Positions 63,278-64,000 of a DNA stretch of 64,000 nucleotides are shown here, in pieces (within the stretch, counting starts at the first letter, position 1; the number at the start of each line of letters is the position of its first letter). A program made the position numbers and the translations under genes. The stretch spans positions 930,001 through 994,000 of the forward strand of contig NW_026515670.1 in assembly GCF_025526975.1 (NCBI RefSeq), in the 5' to 3' direction. Source of the stretch: Fimicolochytrium jonesii. Its lineage: Eukaryota. The notes beneath the pieces are model-generated. The model did no database searches. It was not told the DNA's origin and saw nothing but the letters and a program-made list of their open reading frames with translations.

Positions 63278-63505
63278 TTAAATCTTCTTTTTGTGAAATA
63301 TTGGCTTCTGCCACTCTTTTTTGCTCGAGCAGTTCCGATGCACACGATGGCCAGATTCATACTACTCAACTCCCAATAAATCTCATCCAATGCATTATTG
63401 CGACTCGCGAGGTGCCTCTTGTCGCCATCTTTGTCGGCGGGCGGCCAGTGGATAATAGCCCGCTTTCACCGAGGCGGTTTGAAACTTCTCTTTGCGCCAT
63501 AAGCT

Positions 63506-64000
63506 TCAATTAAGTTCTGGATCAAATAAACGGTCAATTTCAGACATGTGCCGAGTGCCCATGCGGTGCCCGTTGATTGTCCATGGCCAAGCCTGATTGA
63601 AAGTGGTGTGCGGGTGGTGTGGGGCAGGATTCCCAGCCTCGCAATTATCACCACCGTTTGGCAAGTCCCAAGCCTCCCGGAGAGTCTCACCTGGGGCTAA
63701 CGGCACCAACGCGCTCCTCTGAGAACGGAGCGAAAAATTGAGGCCAACTGCGGCCAGCAATTCTGGGACAGCATCATTTAGCAGCACATGCTCAAGAAGA
63801 TCATCGCTCTTTATAAATTTACGCCTGGTATCGGTAAACGGGGGTATCCTAAAAAAACTTCCCTCGGTTTGGAGTCTTTGGACGGATATGGGCCATGGAT
63901 TATGACGTGAGGTCAAATTTGGGCGTTGCTTCAACGCTTGAAGCCGCTTGAGAAAAAGGTTCGCGCTATCCAGATCCAAATACAGAGTGTGTCGGTGGGA
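63506..64000 (-). CDS. 3' end of an unidentified ORF entering from beyond the window edge
   Basis: Frame is open from 64000 to the stop at 63506 (about 164 aa); no family recognised. Confidence 0.4.
   Translation of the reverse strand, partial: SHRHTLYLDLDSANLFLKRLQALKQRPNLTSRHNPWPISVQRLQTEGSFFRIPPFTDTRRKFIKSDDLLEHVLLNDAVPELLAAVGLNFSLRSQRSALVPLAPGETLREAWDLPNGGDNCEAGNPAPHHPHTTFNQAWPWTINGHRMGTRHMSEIDRLFDPELN

Overview
Eukaryotic, intron-rich, gene-dense DNA with short GT-AG introns of about 60-110 nt. It is most likely from a zoosporic (chytrid-type) fungus: fungal-type genes (Uds1-domain protein, hybrid histidine kinase, MEF2/Rlm1-type MADS box, Oca1, Rtt103, Tad1) sit alongside flagellar genes (inner-arm axonemal dynein heavy chain, EFHC1/Rib72) and a Tousled-like kinase. 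The taxon is an inference. I can support about 16 protein-coding genes, one ORF truncated by the window edge, and three tRNA genes (Trp-CCA, and two identical Val-AAC copies in inverted orientation). I found no CRISPR array, rRNA or intact transposon. The most notable observations are: (1) a hybrid histidine kinase whose 3-TM sensor aligns by eye to the plant ethylene-binding domain but lacks the copper ligands; (2) a Tousled-like kinase fused to a telobox/TRF-like Myb domain; (3) a BAG protein with an upstream heat-shock element, an IxI motif and a C-terminal AIM/LIR-like motif; (4) an atypical 844-aa Ras-like protein; (5) a MYPT-like RVxF-ankyrin protein; (6) inverted tRNA-Val duplicates bracketing a 6.7-kb segment; (7) recurrent C-rich then G-rich compositional blocks crossing exons and introns. 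All gene models and family calls were made by eye without database searches.
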